Of a DNA stretch of 24,000 bases, positions 1-7,845 are shown piece by piece. The DNA lies in contig JALTMP010000180.1 of NCBI GenBank assembly GCA_027001645.1, forward strand, positions 12,197 to 36,196, in the 5' to 3' direction. Every line of letters starts with the position of its first letter. Positions within the stretch are counted from its first letter, which is position 1. This DNA comes from Candidatus Heimdallarchaeota archaeon. Its GTDB lineage: Archaea > Asgardarchaeota > Heimdallarchaeia > Heimdallarchaeales > JAJRWK01. The translations under genes were made by a program, and so were the position numbers. The notes beneath the pieces were generated by a model that did not search any database, was not told the DNA's origin, and was given only the letters and a program-made list of their open reading frames with translations.

Positions 1-1635
1 AATTGTTTTTACGATCTGCTGTTTTTCTAGATATATCAAGACAGAATCTATATCCGCTTGTGCTTCTGAACGAAACATTGAATGGAGAACATGGAGGGGA
101 AGAGGATTCCCTAATATTCCAAGAGCAGAGAGAATATTTTTCCCTATCATTTCAAGATCTTGGGGTATTCTCAGGAAAGCAAGGTCCCGAATAAGACGAG
201 AAAACTCAATGTTCTCATTATATCGTGGTATGTTTCTTTCGGTAATGGGGCACCGGGAAAGAATAAAACTTGCCTCTTCTGGGGTAATCTTTCTCAAATC
301 GATTCTGAGAGGGGCATCAGCCCCTGAAGTTTGGATAAAGCCAAGAACTCTCTGCCCGCCCATTGTTGTTTCGTCAACTGACAAGATTAAGCAAAGATTG
401 GGAGAATTGAGACTGAGCAGTCGAAGAATATTTAGCTGTTGTTGGAGGCTAGCAAGATGAGCATTGTCGATTACTAAGCTGATTTTGTAGTGTTTTGCAA
501 TCTCAACGACAACAGTTTGAAGAAGAGTCCAGATTTTGTAATTTGTTATTGAGGATGAAGCGATTCCACGCCTTGCAGCATCAAGTGATTTCTCTATCAT
601 GAGTAAGCCTGTTTTTCCAAAAATGGTTCGTAATTCATCTTTGCTAAATTTTGCTCGAAAATTTTCTAGAATGAGGTTAATGTAAGTAACTTGATACCAA
701 TGTATCCCAAAAAAATTGACGCTCAAATGAAAGAACCCTTCCTTCGTGAGGGTTGAAGCAATGGCATTACAATATGCTGTCTTGCCTACTCCCGAACCTC
801 CAGAAATAAGAATCGTCGTTGGCTTGTTCGCGTTGTGGCGTTCTTTCACCTTATGCGTGATGTAGGTTAATGATTTGACGTAGTCGTTGAAGTCAGGGTA
901 GTAAGTAATCTGGCCCGTATTTTCGAATTCAGCCTTTCCACCAAGCTGAATCAATACTTCCTTGGCGTCCTTGGGTCTCTGAGATTTGCGAAACGCAACT
1001 AGCTTATTAATTTGGGAAGCAAAAATTTGAGGGATGGATGGATTCAAATCTTCAATTTTAGACGTGATCCCATTCAAAACATTGCTCTTGATAACATTGC
1101 GATTGAAATGATCGAAAGGATTTCTACCCGTAAAAATTTCAAAAAGAACTATTCCCAGATTGTAGAGGTCGCTTCTGGCATCAAGTAAGCCTTCAAACAT
1201 AGATTCAGGGGGTCGATATTGAATAGGGAGGGTGATTTTTGGATTGAGGAATGAAGCACCATAAAGTGACAATTTTCCGTGATATTGCGTTCCGGAAGGA
1301 GTATCCTCTGCAACAATGCGGAGAGAGCGAGGGACTATATGACCATGAAGAAAACCATTTGAATGCAAAACGTGGAGTGCAAGCAACCAGTCAATTAACA
1401 CCTGTTTGATTTCTTCTTCTGAAAGATTACTTATCTCAGTAGCATCAAGCGTATCTTTGATAATGTAAATAACCCTTAGATCAGAATCTCTTGTTGCCAT
1501 TGTAGCATTTATTTTCGCAAAAAGCCGAGGATACTCATTGGAGAATCTCCTCAGAGTTTCTATTTTTTTGAGAACGTAAGAGAGATCGCTTCCGCACTGG
1601 ATTAATAGCTCCTGACTATCATCCTCCTTCCGCAT
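1..1635 (-). CDS. Degenerate protein-kinase-like domain fused to an AAA/STAND-type P-loop NTPase. The N-terminus is complete and the C-terminus runs off the left edge.
   Basis: My own translation; this ORF is absent from the supplied track because it is open-ended. ATG at 1635-1633, in-frame stop upstream at 1665-1663, and no stop down to position 1 (545 codons). Kinase C-lobe-like strings: ALHVLHSNGFLHGHIVPRSL (HGH at 1339-1347), KLSLYGASF, YRPPES, SDLYNLGIVLFEIFTGRNPF. P-loop GGSGVGKT at 778-801. Walker-B-like SLVIDNAH at 457-480. A helical/winged-helix-like tail follows (LSALGILGNPLPLHVLHSMF). Confidence 0.75.
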   Translation of the reverse strand, partial: MRKEDDSQELLIQCGSDLSYVLKKIETLRRFSNEYPRLFAKINATMATRDSDLRVIYIIKDTLDATEISNLSEEEIKQVLIDWLLALHVLHSNGFLHGHIVPRSLRIVAEDTPSGTQYHGKLSLYGASFLNPKITLPIQYRPPESMFEGLLDARSDLYNLGIVLFEIFTGRNPFDHFNRNVIKSNVLNGITSKIEDLNPSIPQIFASQINKLVAFRKSQRPKDAKEVLIQLGGKAEFENTGQITYYPDFNDYVKSLTYITHKVKERHNANKPTTILISGGSGVGKTAYCNAIASTLTKEGFFHLSVNFFGIHWYQVTYINLILENFRAKFSKDELRTIFGKTGLLMIEKSLDAARRGIASSSITNYKIWTLLQTVVVEIAKHYKISLVIDNAHLASLQQQLNILRLLSLNSPNLCLILSVDETTMGGQRVLGFIQTSGADAPLRIDLRKITPEEASFILSRCPITERNIPRYNENIEFSRLIRDLAFLRIPQDLEMIGKNILSALGILGNPLPLHVLHSMFRSEAQADIDSVLIYLEKQQIVKTI

Positions 1636-1765
1636 GGTCTTCACTTTTTCTTTAGAATGAGATTATATCTAACTTTTCACAAGGTAATCTTGATCTTTTG
1701 AAAGCATCACAAAAAACAACATAATTCAGGCATAGGATCGCAAGAATCGCTGATATCGTTCTGAC

Positions 1766-2263
1766 CTACAAGAAATCTTGAGAAGAAGGCGACGAACTAG
1801 AGGGAACCGGACCGAGTGTATGTTCGAGGGCGAGAATAATTGAAAACATAGCTCGATTAACTGCATCAATCGCATGGGCAAACAGTGTCTTAGTTAGACC
1901 ATCTTCATATGCAATATGAGCAATGCCCACACCGGTTACCTCTGTCACAGGCTTTCCCGGAGGAAGAAGAAGAAAACTTACGGGAAGAAGATTAACATCT
2001 CTTCTAACATTATACCAGAAGCTTTTCTTTTGCTCAGGCTTGAGGCTTTGTAATTGCTGAATATGGTTCGGATGGAATTTCAAGGCGGCAGCTACATCCA
2101 CCCTATCAGGTTGTTTCTCCGGAATTTTCACTTCAATATAACGCTGAGGAGCAATTTCTATGACAACACTATAAAGAAATCCTTGCTTAGGTACATCTCT
2201 TTTGAAAAAACCCATCTCTGAGATCCATTTATTCAATTTGGAAGCTAGCGTAGATTTAGGCAC
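1766..2263 (-). CDS. Hypothetical 165-aa protein with a Ser/Pro-rich C-terminal tail, located immediately upstream of the pseudokinase-NTPase on the same strand.
   Basis: ORF track entry with a GTG start at 2263; an alternative ATG lies at codon 17 (MGFF). The composition looks protein-like. The alpha/beta pattern is vaguely reminiscent of YbjN/chaperone-like small proteins, but I cannot confirm this. The start codon is uncertain. Confidence 0.55.
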   Translation of the reverse strand: MPKSTLASKLNKWISEMGFFKRDVPKQGFLYSVVIEIAPQRYIEVKIPEKQPDRVDVAAALKFHPNHIQQLQSLKPEQKKSFWYNVRRDVNLLPVSFLLLPPGKPVTEVTGVGIAHIAYEDGLTKTLFAHAIDAVNRAMFSIILALEHTLGPVPSSSSPSSQDFL

Positions 2264-2422
2264 AGAAAAAGTAAGGTAAGGAATGGATTAAAACTTTCTA
2301 TTGATACCAGAAGGACATACTTTGCGAATACAAGCAAATCTTTGTAATATGATCACTTTGAAGCAACTCTCCAATTGATTTAAGAAGCTCTCAATTCCCA
2401 AGTAGATACGAAAGGGGTAAAA

Positions 2423-4336
2423 ATGTCGAAACTGGCTCATGACATCTCTCATTTGGGTAACGTGCTAAGGGCACGAGCTGTATCCCAGATCAGAGAACAT
2501 TCCACACAATTTGCCAACATACCAGAGTTTTACCGAGATCAATTGAGTCATGTAATTATTCAGAAATGGGATCCTGAAAACGCAATTGCTACTGCGAAGG
2601 ATCTGTTCGGAAAAACAAAACTACGATATGCGGCAATTGATGGAACCGAAAGAACAGATCCCACGTTTGACCTAATGATTTTTTATGGGGGGGCATATGC
2701 TGCTCTAGGATCAATTGACTTGGAAATTAGAGAGCCAATTCAAAGCGTTACGATTGATTCTCAATTAACGACAGGAGGCGTTGGGGTAGCAGCTTGTATT
2801 CCTGTATACATTTCAGAGATACCTGAAATTGAACTGGCAAGACTGAAATTTTCCCATGAGAAAGAAGATCAAAAAGAAACCAGAACAATTAACGATATCT
2901 TTGACGAAACCGTCATTGATAATTCTCAGATCGCTAATGACATTATGTTACTGGCAGAAATCAGACTTGGGGAAACACTGGCTAAAACGAAACACTACGA
3001 CGTGATTATTCTAGATCGCTATTTAGCCGGCACACATGCTAACCTGTTAGCAAAAACAGTTAGTTTCAACTCATATGAGCAAGAAAGTAGCTTAATTGGG
3101 TTAGAAACAGAATTCGGAGAAGTTACTAAAGCAGATCTTTGGTTCAATCGATATCGGCCATTCAATAAAAGAATAGACATCCCACCCCCGAGGGGCGAAT
3201 ACCTTTCCCATAGAATCTTTTTTGAATTAGAACAAAGAGAAGAATTGTCATTAAGTCAGCTAATAGAAGAATTCGGACTCTCAGATTCCCCCAGAGTCAT
3301 TGGTCGAGTCAAAAAAGCAATCGAACTCTTAGAGAAAAATGACGTCGTGACCGTGATTGGAGAAGGAAAAGAAACCGAAATAATCCTTTCAGATACTTAT
3401 AAGCAGTCATTTGCAAGAATTTTAGCCGCAAAAGAAACCATTGTGTCCAAATTATTTGATTTGGAGGACAAGGACACAAACCCACTTAGGATTGATGTTA
3501 AAGGAGAAAAAAGATGGCTAACTACTGTAGATCTCGCCTTGCTTTCTCTGTTCAGCTTCAATTCACTGGTTCATGAAGCACAAACAAGACCTTTCTTACT
3601 AATTGGGATAACAAAAGATACGTATAGCCGCGATTTTCGTAATCAGTTCTTGAATTTTCTCAATGCGTTTCCTGAGTCTCCCGTAAAAATCGATATGAAA
3701 ACAAAGATGGCCCTCCCTCAAACAGATAGAGGATTACTCCAAGCTGTCTCACACGTGGTCCTTGATGAGTTACATCCCCCCTGGGCAACCCAAGAATACG
3801 ATACTGCATTTAGAACCATGGGTCCAAAAAAAGGAGAATTATGGCCAACAATGTCTGGAAGCCATCAAAACATAATATTATCTGAAAGGCTTTTCGTAAA
3901 ATCTTTTATTCAATTGAGAGAGGGAAAAACCAATCCCGAACTTCGATCTACTGTACTCATGACAGATAGAGTCGTTCTTGAAAAAGATCTAAAACACGCG
4001 ATTAGGTTGCCTAACTTAATTCACCATTATCGGGGGATAAGCGAACACGTGCGTCCTTTAGTAATGCCGGCGAATGCAAAAGATAATCCAATACAGAATT
4101 TAATCATGCGAATCTTGACGCTCCTCGACGCTCCCTCAATTCCAGAAGCAATGGGACACAACAAACCACTATTTGTAGCAGACAAAGTATGTAAATGGTT
4201 TGGAGAAGTTTTTGGTGGTATTGTGTCCTCAACTAAGCAATGGATGGAAACACATAAGGACATAAGATCCTACGCATTCCACTTAACATCATTTAGGGAA
4301 AAAAGAACTGATTTTGAACAAACAAGGAAGGGATAA
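2423..4336 (+). CDS. nurA: NurA-like nuclease (637 aa) with a large internal insertion containing a winged-helix-like segment.
   Basis: Colinear NurA-family motifs as I remember them: RYAAIDGTE (AIDGT at 2633-2647), DIMLLAEIRLGE, YDVIILDRYL (2999-3025), LLIGITKDTYSRDF (3596-), PQTDRGLLQ, KPLFVADKVCKW near the C-terminus. SD-like AAAGGGG lies 5 nt upstream of the ATG. The stop lies 2 nt before the HerA-like start. Confidence 0.7.
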   Translation: MSKLAHDISHLGNVLRARAVSQIREHSTQFANIPEFYRDQLSHVIIQKWDPENAIATAKDLFGKTKLRYAAIDGTERTDPTFDLMIFYGGAYAALGSIDLEIREPIQSVTIDSQLTTGGVGVAACIPVYISEIPEIELARLKFSHEKEDQKETRTINDIFDETVIDNSQIANDIMLLAEIRLGETLAKTKHYDVIILDRYLAGTHANLLAKTVSFNSYEQESSLIGLETEFGEVTKADLWFNRYRPFNKRIDIPPPRGEYLSHRIFFELEQREELSLSQLIEEFGLSDSPRVIGRVKKAIELLEKNDVVTVIGEGKETEIILSDTYKQSFARILAAKETIVSKLFDLEDKDTNPLRIDVKGEKRWLTTVDLALLSLFSFNSLVHEAQTRPFLLIGITKDTYSRDFRNQFLNFLNAFPESPVKIDMKTKMALPQTDRGLLQAVSHVVLDELHPPWATQEYDTAFRTMGPKKGELWPTMSGSHQNIILSERLFVKSFIQLREGKTNPELRSTVLMTDRVVLEKDLKHAIRLPNLIHHYRGISEHVRPLVMPANAKDNPIQNLIMRILTLLDAPSIPEAMGHNKPLFVADKVCKWFGEVFGGIVSSTKQWMETHKDIRSYAFHLTSFREKRTDFEQTRKG

Positions 4337-4338
4337 AA

Positions 4339-6204
4339 GTGATTACAGAAGAAACTATGAAAAAATATTTCACGGATATGGATGGGAAGCTAAAAGCTAG
4401 GCTTTCTCATGTTCTCTTAGCAAGGACATCTTATGACCGAAGCACACAAGGAGTATCCTCTAAGTATAGTTGCATTGTAAAAATACAATACCACAAGCAG
4501 TTAATGGCAGAACTAGAAGAAGGCATGCTTTTTGCAGTTGAAAACTTTCGCTCAAAAGATGACAATCGCCGGTTTACTCTCATGGAAATCTCTAGGGTCT
4601 ATCCTGAACATTATGGATTAAAGGGCCTATCTGATTCCAGCTTTTACCCGCTTCAATTTGAGGTTATAGAGCAGTCTAGAGCGGACTGGGAGTTCAACGA
4701 TCCTAATACCATGATTATTCATGCATACTGCATTCCGGTCAACTACGAACTGATAATTGATTCGAAGGGCGAAATCTCCTTCAAGAAAGGATTTGTGTAT
4801 CCGATTGTTGCGGAAAAGGCGTATATCGTAAATAAGGAAATCATTGACCACATGTATAATGATAAGGTTAGGCAACGAATGAATTGGGATATTGCAAAAA
4901 CAACGAGTCACTCGGAAAAAGACCCAAGACTCGGGGTCATCAAAATGTTCGAGGGGCAAGGAGAAATCCCCATTTATGTTGATTTTGATCGTCTTGTAAG
5001 ATATCATTTTGGGATTTTCGCATTCACAGGGGGAGGGAAAAGCAATCTCATGTCAAACCTATTGCGAAGGCTGATCAAACACACAAAGGATACAAAAATT
5101 GTTATTTTTGACATTAGCAATGAATACGTTTGTTTGTTGCTTGATCTCTTCTCTGATCCAACCATTAGCGCAACAGTTGTTCTTGATGAAGAAGTAACCA
5201 ATAAAGAGCAATTCTATACCAGTTTCGCCAAACCCCGTAGCCTAGAAGATGCAGACTGGCTTAAGCCCACATTTGACAAAGTGTGGGAAATGAAAGATCG
5301 TGTCCGATTCCTTCAGCCTGACGAGGCGGGTCGACCAACATATCAATCACTCATAAGAGACCTAGAGCTACTGCGAAGAGATAATGCAGAAAAGCCAACC
5401 AACTTGCGTGCGATTCAGGAAGTAACGGATAGTCTGAATCATATAATCCTAGAAAACAAAGTTTCCACAAACACTGCCGTGAGTCCACAAATATTGTTGG
5501 AATTTGCGGAAAAAGCACTGCAGATATTCCAAGAATACAAGGTGTGGAATCGCAGTGCTCTCTTCACCTGGGCAGAAACTCTCCCACGCGTTGCTTCTCG
5601 AATTGAGGCTGCAGAAGAAATCCCCTTTGACCCCCGAAAAATCACAGCAAAAGAGTTACTAGATCTCATTGAAGGAGAGACTAGACTTGTTTGTCTATCT
5701 ATAAGTGATCCTGTGATTTTAAAGAAACTTGCAACAGAACTTACCTATCAGGCCCTACACCGAAGGAAGAAGCAATTCAAAACCTCTCCGCAAGTTCTCT
5801 TCGTATTTGATGAAGCACAAGAATTCATCCCAAATGCGTCATCAGGAATAAATCAAGACGTTTCAAGAGCAGTAGAAATGCTCTTGAGACAAGGAAGAAA
5901 GTATGGACTAGGGGGTTGTATTGCTACACAACGATTGGCATACCTTAATACTAATGCCTTACAACAACTACATACCTATTTTGTGGGAACTCTCCCGCGA
6001 CCATATGATAGAGGGGTTGTTAGCGAGCAGTTCATGATCGACATTGGTATTCTGGAAAAAACGCTAGAATTTGGACCCGGAGAATGGCTGCTAAGTAGCT
6101 ACATTGCGACTGGTATCGAAAATGTTCCTATCTTTATCAAAGCTGATGATTCCGAAAAAGAACTGGAAAGATTGATTTCCAAACGAAAAAGCAAGGCGAG
6201 ATAG
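4339..6204 (+). CDS. herA: HerA/FtsK-superfamily (DUF87-type) hexameric ATPase/translocase homologue (621 aa).
   Basis: GTG start preceded by AGGAAGGG. The N-terminal region is barrel-like (LFAVENFRSKDDNRRFTLMEISRV). Walker A is FGIFAFTGGGKSNLMSNLL (5020-5046), followed by KIVIFDISNEY. Walker B is QVLFVFDEAQEFIP (5794-5826). RKYGLGGCIATQR is typical of HerA-like proteins. Confidence 0.85.
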   Translation: MITEETMKKYFTDMDGKLKARLSHVLLARTSYDRSTQGVSSKYSCIVKIQYHKQLMAELEEGMLFAVENFRSKDDNRRFTLMEISRVYPEHYGLKGLSDSSFYPLQFEVIEQSRADWEFNDPNTMIIHAYCIPVNYELIIDSKGEISFKKGFVYPIVAEKAYIVNKEIIDHMYNDKVRQRMNWDIAKTTSHSEKDPRLGVIKMFEGQGEIPIYVDFDRLVRYHFGIFAFTGGGKSNLMSNLLRRLIKHTKDTKIVIFDISNEYVCLLLDLFSDPTISATVVLDEEVTNKEQFYTSFAKPRSLEDADWLKPTFDKVWEMKDRVRFLQPDEAGRPTYQSLIRDLELLRRDNAEKPTNLRAIQEVTDSLNHIILENKVSTNTAVSPQILLEFAEKALQIFQEYKVWNRSALFTWAETLPRVASRIEAAEEIPFDPRKITAKELLDLIEGETRLVCLSISDPVILKKLATELTYQALHRRKKQFKTSPQVLFVFDEAQEFIPNASSGINQDVSRAVEMLLRQGRKYGLGGCIATQRLAYLNTNALQQLHTYFVGTLPRPYDRGVVSEQFMIDIGILEKTLEFGPGEWLLSSYIATGIENVPIFIKADDSEKELERLISKRKSKAR

Positions 6205-6241
6205 TAGCAAGGTTTTAGAAAGGAAAAAAAGACTTGCCGTT

Positions 6242-6805
6242 GTGTATTTACAAGGTCATATTGGTGTATCTGCGCTAATCTTGCACTTCTTGGAAAAAAA
6301 GGGAATAAAAATTATTTTTCCCGTGGCTCTTTTTTCATCAATGCTTCCAGATTTTATTGACAAGCCTCTTGAGTTTCTTTTTCTCTTACCAGGAAGGTTC
6401 GTTGGCCATATGATCTTAACATGGCTCATTGTCGTAATGCTTGGAAAGGGAATCGCTACAAGAATGAATCGACCCGACGTGTTCATTTATTCTTATAGCC
6501 TGGCATTGGGGGCAATGTTGCATATAATTGAAGATTTTAGGGATCCTATTCTTTTGAGAACTGTTTTCTGGCCATTATTTGGCTGGTCTCTACCCTCACA
6601 AAATGGAAGATTTGATTTCCTTCTTGGGTTAAAAGATCCGTATTACGCTGTTCTTGAAGGAATTGGCTTAGCACTAGTTTTTCTTGTCGGAATCGATAGA
6701 GGCTGGGAAAAAGAGGAATTCATAAAACTGGGCGGGATACTGGTTGCTTACTGGATACTCTATCTCTCGTTTTACGCAATTTTCATAGGCATCCAAATAA
6801 ATTAG
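6242..6805 (+). CDS. Polytopic membrane protein, YdjM/DUF457-like putative metal-dependent hydrolase.
   Basis: GTG start after GGAAAGGAAAAAAAG. About 5-6 hydrophobic helices. His/Asp-containing strings lie at helix ends: N-terminal LQGHIG, LPDFIDKPLE, FVGHM, LHIIEDF. This pattern resembles the LexA-regulated YdjM family. The assignment is by pattern only. Confidence 0.55.
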   Translation: MYLQGHIGVSALILHFLEKKGIKIIFPVALFSSMLPDFIDKPLEFLFLLPGRFVGHMILTWLIVVMLGKGIATRMNRPDVFIYSYSLALGAMLHIIEDFRDPILLRTVFWPLFGWSLPSQNGRFDFLLGLKDPYYAVLEGIGLALVFLVGIDRGWEKEEFIKLGGILVAYWILYLSFYAIFIGIQIN

Positions 6806-6853
6806 CACAATTAATTATTGAACTAAATGACCCTCATTGCTGAGAAAAATAGT

Positions 6854-7660
6854 TTACTTGAGTTGTTCTAACATCAACTGCTCTCTTTCTTTGTAATGAT
6901 AGGCGGGTCGCATTTCCTCGATAGCTTCCATTATTCGGTTCACAATTAATTGGGAAGCTTCCTTCCCTTGTGGCAAGTCATAGTAATCTTCAAGAGGAAC
7001 CGGGCGACCGTATTCAACCGTAATCTTGATCTTGCGAAAGCCTGGTCCCTTGGTAGGCATTTTTCCTACGGGCATGGCTAGCTCGGCCCCATCGATAAAC
7101 ACGGGAATGATTGGGGCTCTTGTCGCATGGGCAATCCAGCCAGCACCTAATCTGCCTGGGTTGAGGGTTCTCATCCAGGGCTGCTTGTGTCTTTGACCTT
7201 CGGGGAACCAGAGCAAGTCCTTGCCTCTCTTGACTAACTCGATAGCATATTTGACGACGTGGATCTGTTTTGCACCTTTTCTTACTGGAAACGCATTGAG
7301 GTTTGAGAGGAACCACGAGCTGAGGGGATGCTTGAAAAGCTTTTCATCAGCCAGAGCATGAATTTTTCTTTGAGGGAAAAATCCTTTTCCTACTAGGAAA
7401 CCATCCAAATGGCTAATATGGTTGGGCATGAAAATAACGTTTCGGCGAGGAACGCGCTCGCGACCAATGTACTTAATCTTCCACATGATGTCGAAAGAAG
7501 TACTTAGGAGGGGACCAACTAGATAATACAAGGCTTTTCTCGTTTTAAAGGTGTATCGGAAATAGTCGGTGGCACCAGCCTTGGTCGTAGGTGTGAGCGG
7601 ATATTGCGAAGGTCGAGCTCGCTTGGAGATGCTCTGACTCTCAGCTTTCCGTAATGTCAT
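6854..7660 (-). CDS. plsC: 1-acyl-sn-glycerol-3-phosphate acyltransferase-like (PlsC/LPLAT family).
   Basis: Acyltransferase motif I NHISHLDG (HX4D), motif III FPEGQRH, and motif IV APIIPVFIDG, all colinear and correctly spaced. Confidence 0.85.
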   Translation of the reverse strand: MTLRKAESQSISKRARPSQYPLTPTTKAGATDYFRYTFKTRKALYYLVGPLLSTSFDIMWKIKYIGRERVPRRNVIFMPNHISHLDGFLVGKGFFPQRKIHALADEKLFKHPLSSWFLSNLNAFPVRKGAKQIHVVKYAIELVKRGKDLLWFPEGQRHKQPWMRTLNPGRLGAGWIAHATRAPIIPVFIDGAELAMPVGKMPTKGPGFRKIKITVEYGRPVPLEDYYDLPQGKEASQLIVNRIMEAIEEMRPAYHYKEREQLMLEQLK

Positions 7661-7678
7661 GTGTGAAGATCAGACTAC

Positions 7679-7689
7679 AAATATAAAAA
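7679..7689 (-). promoter_or_regulatory. TATA-box-like element (minus-strand TTTTTATATTT) upstream of the plsC-like gene.
   Basis: The AT element lies about 18-20 nt upstream of the ATG at 7660, and no SD-like sequence intervenes. This is consistent with an archaeal promoter giving a leaderless or very short-leader mRNA. Confidence 0.4.
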
Positions 7690-7845
7690 ATATTCGACAA
7701 CGAGCCTTTTTCCTCGCAAAATAATGGTTTTCTGTGGTAAAATATGTACTACTGCGCGGGTACGTGGCTCGGGAGAAACGATCTAGTGCAAGATTTAGAC
7801 GCACTTAGAAAAAAAGAAGTAAAAACGAGAAAATTTGCGCTTGAT

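Noticed and set aside
3-460. Two plus-strand track ORFs (3..194 and 209..460).
   Set aside because: Both lie entirely inside the long open minus-strand frame, which carries clear P-loop NTPase and kinase-like motifs. Their translations are low-complexity shadow ORFs.
1-1635. Annotating the left-edge gene as an active Ser/Thr protein kinase.
   Set aside because: The glycine-rich loop and the VAIK lysine are absent, and an upstream in-frame stop limits the N-terminus. HRD reads HGH and DFG reads LYG. It is called a pseudokinase instead.
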